From: Candidatus Saccharimonadota bacterium
GTDB taxonomy: Bacteria > Pseudomonadota > Gammaproteobacteria > Enterobacterales > Enterobacteriaceae
DNA: 32,000 bases
Direction of reading: 5' to 3'
NCBI RefSeq assembly: GCF_012562765.1
Contig: NZ_CP046226.1
Location: forward strand, 30,001 to 62,000
Part shown: positions 29,430 to 32,000 of the stretch, in pieces
How the letters are laid out: each line of letters begins with the position of its first letter
Position numbering within the stretch: position 1 is the first letter of the stretch
Made by a program: the position numbers and the translations under genes
The notes under the pieces: generated by a model
The model's input: only the letters and a program-made list of their open reading frames with translations
Database searches by the model: none
What the model was told of the DNA's origin: nothing

Positions 29430-30083
29430 ATGCGTATAATTTTATTAGGTCCTCCAGGATCAGGTAAAGGAACTTATGCTAGATTTATATCAGAGAAATA
29501 TAATTTATCAAATATTTGTATGGGTAATATATTACGTAATTATATTATAAATAATCATTCTTTTTTATCTAAACAAATAAAAAAAATTATTAGTTGTGGT
29601 TTAATGTTACCAGATAAGATAATAATCAAAATTATTAAAGAAAGATTATTAAATCAAGATTGTAAAAAAGGATTTTTATTAGATGGCTATCCTAGAAATA
29701 TTTTACAAGCAAATATATTACAAAAAGAAAATATAAATATAGATAAAGTAATAGAATTACACATTCCAGAAAATAAAATTATAGAAAGAATAATTGGTCG
29801 TAGGATTCATGAATCTTCCGGAAGAACATATCATATAACTTTTAATCCACCTAAAATACCAGGAAAAGATGACATAACAGGAGAAAATTTAATTATTAGA
29901 ACAGATGATAATAAACAAACAATTATTAATCGTTTAAAACAATATACTAAAAAAACAAAACCGTTAATTCATTACTATATTAAGAAATCATTAAATAAAA
30001 AATTTTTTTATATTAAAATAGATAATACTGATTGTATTTTAAATGTTAAAAAAAAAATTGAAAAGTTTTTAAAGAAAAAATAA
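29430..30083 (+). CDS. adk: Adenylate kinase
   Basis: 217 aa. It contains MRIILLGPPGSGKGT, GFLLDGYPRN and GRRIHESSGRTYHITFNPPK. It begins only 23 bp after leuD. Confidence 0.95.
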   Translation: MRIILLGPPGSGKGTYARFISEKYNLSNICMGNILRNYIINNHSFLSKQIKKIISCGLMLPDKIIIKIIKERLLNQDCKKGFLLDGYPRNILQANILQKENINIDKVIELHIPENKIIERIIGRRIHESSGRTYHITFNPPKIPGKDDITGENLIIRTDDNKQTIINRLKQYTKKTKPLIHYYIKKSLNKKFFYIKIDNTDCILNVKKKIEKFLKKK

Positions 30084-30173
30084 AATTTTAATTAGATGAA
30101 TTAATTATTTCAGTTTATTTTTTAAAAATTTTTTAGTATAATAATATTATTTATTTTAAATGGATTATTTAAA

Positions 30174-31052
30174 ATGTTCACCGGAAGTATTGTAGCACTT
30201 ATAACACCCATGGATATTAAAGGTAATATTTGTAAAATAAGTTTAAAAAAGATTATTGAGTACCATATCAATAATGGTACAAAAGCTATAGTTGTTATGG
30301 GTACTACAGGTGAATCTGCCACATTAAATTATAATGAACATATAAAAATTATAATGTTAGCAATAGATTTTGCAAAAAATAGAATTCCCATTATAGCAGG
30401 AACAGGTTTTAATTCAACATCAAAATGTATATCAATTACATCAAAATTAGAAAATTCAGGAATTATAGGATGTTTAAGTGTAACTCCATATTATAATCGT
30501 CCTACACAAGAAGGTTTATATCAACATTTTAAAACTATTGCAAATAATACTAAATTACCACAAATATTATATAATGTTCCAATTAGAACTGGTTGTGATT
30601 TATTACCAAAAACAATAGGACGTTTATCTAAAATAAAAAATATAATTGGTGTCAAAGAAGCAACTGGAAATTTATCACGTATATATCAAATTAAAAGATT
30701 AGTTCATGATTCTTTTTATTTAATTAGTGGAGATGATTCAACTGCTTTAGAATTTATGAAATTAGGTGGTCATGGAATTATTTCTGTTACAGCTAATATT
30801 GCTGCTTTAGAAATGAGTAAATTTTGTGATTATATAAAAAAAAATCAATGGAAAAAAGCAGAGATATTAAATGAACATTTAATAAATTTACATAATAAAT
30901 TATTTATAGAACCTAATCCAATACCTATAAAGTGGGCTGCTAAAAGAATTGGATTAATATATAATGATACAATGAGATTACCTATGACTCCAATTTCCGA
31001 TAAAAATAAAATTATAATAGAAAAAATATTAAAACAACTAAAATTAATATAA
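30174..31052 (+). CDS. dapA: 4-hydroxy-tetrahydrodipicolinate synthase
   Basis: 292 aa, the same length as E. coli DapA. It contains [47 protein letters not shown] and the Schiff-base lysine context IIGVKEATG. Confidence 0.96.
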   Translation: MFTGSIVALITPMDIKGNICKISLKKIIEYHINNGTKAIVVMGTTGESATLNYNEHIKIIMLAIDFAKNRIPIIAGTGFNSTSKCISITSKLENSGIIGCLSVTPYYNRPTQEGLYQHFKTIANNTKLPQILYNVPIRTGCDLLPKTIGRLSKIKNIIGVKEATGNLSRIYQIKRLVHDSFYLISGDDSTALEFMKLGGHGIISVTANIAALEMSKFCDYIKKNQWKKAEILNEHLINLHNKLFIEPNPIPIKWAAKRIGLIYNDTMRLPMTPISDKNKIIIEKILKQLKLI

Positions 31053-32000
31053 TTGCTCAATATTAATTATTTTTAATAAAAAATTATTAATTTTATTAAG
31101 TAGAGTAATTCTATTTGTTTTTATTTCTATATTATTAATATTTACTATTACATTTTTAAAAAAATTATTTATAGGATAATATAATTCTGATAATATTAAT
31201 AGAATATTATAATATTCATTATTTTTTATTTTTAATAAAAAAATTTTAGATAGTTTCAATAAATGATTATATAATATAATCTCTTCTTTTTCTTTTAAAA
31301 GAACAACATTTATTTTTTCATAAATAAAAGATTGATTTTTTAATAAAATTTTATTTATTCTTTTATAAGTATCAATTAAAAGTTTACTCTGTTTTTTTTC
31401 ATTTTTAAAAAATAGACTTAATGTTTTTATTTTTATATCTAATATTAATGGTTTATTAATAATATTTGTTAAAACAGCTTGAATAATATTTTTTTCATAT
31501 CCTAGTGATATATACCAATTTTTACATCTATTAATTATAAATTTCATTAAATCATTAATAATGTTACTATTAATAAAATTTATTTTATATAAAGAAATAG
31601 ATTTTTTGATTAATTTTAATAAATTTAAATTTAATTTATTATTAATAATAATTTTTATTATTACTAATGTAATTCTTTTTAATGCAAATGGATCCTTATT
31701 ACTTTTAGGAAATAAAGAAAGTCCAAAAATACCAACTAAAGTATCAATTTTATCTGATAAAAATAATACACAAGAAGTTAAATTATTAGGTATTTTATCA
31801 TTAAATTTATATTGATATTGTTCTTTTATAGAGATACAAACATCTATATTTTCTCCATTATATTTTGCATAATACATACCAATAATACCTTGTAATTCAG
31901 GAAACTCCTGAACCATTGTTGTAGCTAAATCACATTTAGATAGTTCACTAGCTCTAATACAATTATTTATATTAGCTTTTAATTTAATTGCTATATATTT
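31044..32000 (-). CDS. glyS: Glycine--tRNA ligase beta subunit, C-terminal portion (5' end beyond the right window edge)
   Basis: The track ORF starts at an internal Met ([22 protein letters not shown]). My translation shows the frame stays open upstream to base 32000 (...[12 protein letters not shown]...), matching the conserved GlyS block K.DL.T.MV.EF...QG..G..YA. The stop codon overlaps the dapA 3' end. Confidence 0.88.
   Translation of the reverse strand, partial: KYIAIKLKANINNCIRASELSKCDLATTMVQEFPELQGIIGMYYAKYNGENIDVCISIKEQYQYKFNDKIPNNLTSCVLFLSDKIDTLVGIFGLSLFPKSNKDPFALKRITLVIIKIIINNKLNLNLLKLIKKSISLYKINFINSNIINDLMKFIINRCKNWYISLGYEKNIIQAVLTNIINKPLILDIKIKTLSLFFKNEKKQSKLLIDTYKRINKILLKNQSFIYEKINVVLLKEKEEIILYNHLLKLSKIFLLKIKNNEYYNILLILSELYYPINNFFKNVIVNINNIEIKTNRITLLNKINNFLLKIINIEQLY

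Noticed and set aside
30122-30322. 66-aa ORF antisense to the dapA 5' end; also the ORFs at 30845-31060 and 31561-31815
   Set aside because: All are embedded antisense in dapA or glyS. Their products are hydrophobic and low-complexity, as is typical of A/T-rich shadow frames.
1-32000. Search for a novel multi-gene system: defence island, toxin-antitoxin pair, secretion system, CRISPR array, IS element, transposon or prophage
   Set aside because: Every ORF longer than about 90 aa is either a recognisable housekeeping or biosynthetic orthologue, or lies antisense inside one. There are no direct-repeat/spacer arrays, terminal inverted repeats, integrase or transposase-like ORFs, or compositionally foreign segments. 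The only GC-richer islands are csrA and the tRNAs.

Overview
The window is extremely A+T-rich (roughly four-fifths A+T by eye, not computed), gene-dense and free of mobile DNA. It looks like the chromosome of an obligate, genome-reduced gammaproteobacterial insect endosymbiont of Enterobacterales ancestry (Buchnera-like). I cannot name the organism from the sequence alone.

I can support 26 complete CDS, 2 CDS truncated by the window edges (ftsY at the left, glyS at the right) and 2 tRNA genes. All large ORFs are either clear housekeeping or biosynthetic orthologues, or antisense shadow ORFs.

- Blocks keep E. coli-like synteny with the intervening genes deleted: ftsY/rsmD, recA-(recX lost)-alaS-csrA-tRNASer-tRNAArg, dusA-(pspG, qorA lost)-dnaB, der-bamB-(yfgM lost)-hisS, and ribD-ribH-nusB.
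- Host-provisioning genes are dense: leuABCD, metE, dapA, dapD, glyA, ribD and ribH.
- I found no CRISPR array, transposon, phage remnant, toxin-antitoxin pair, defence island or unexplained multi-gene cluster. My honest conclusion is that this is an ordinary core region of a reduced symbiont genome.

The items most worth a second look:
- a statistically unexpected perfect 25-bp palindrome next to the ribD start, in the ribD/leuA spacer;
- an apparently de-regulated recA locus (no acidic C-tail, no recX, no LexA box);
- a chromosomal leuABCD operon with no leader or attenuator and a degenerate LeuA regulatory-domain motif;
- a near-invariant csrA with a CsrA-type site over its own start codon;
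- many in-frame poly(A) tracts of 10 nt or more inside essential genes.
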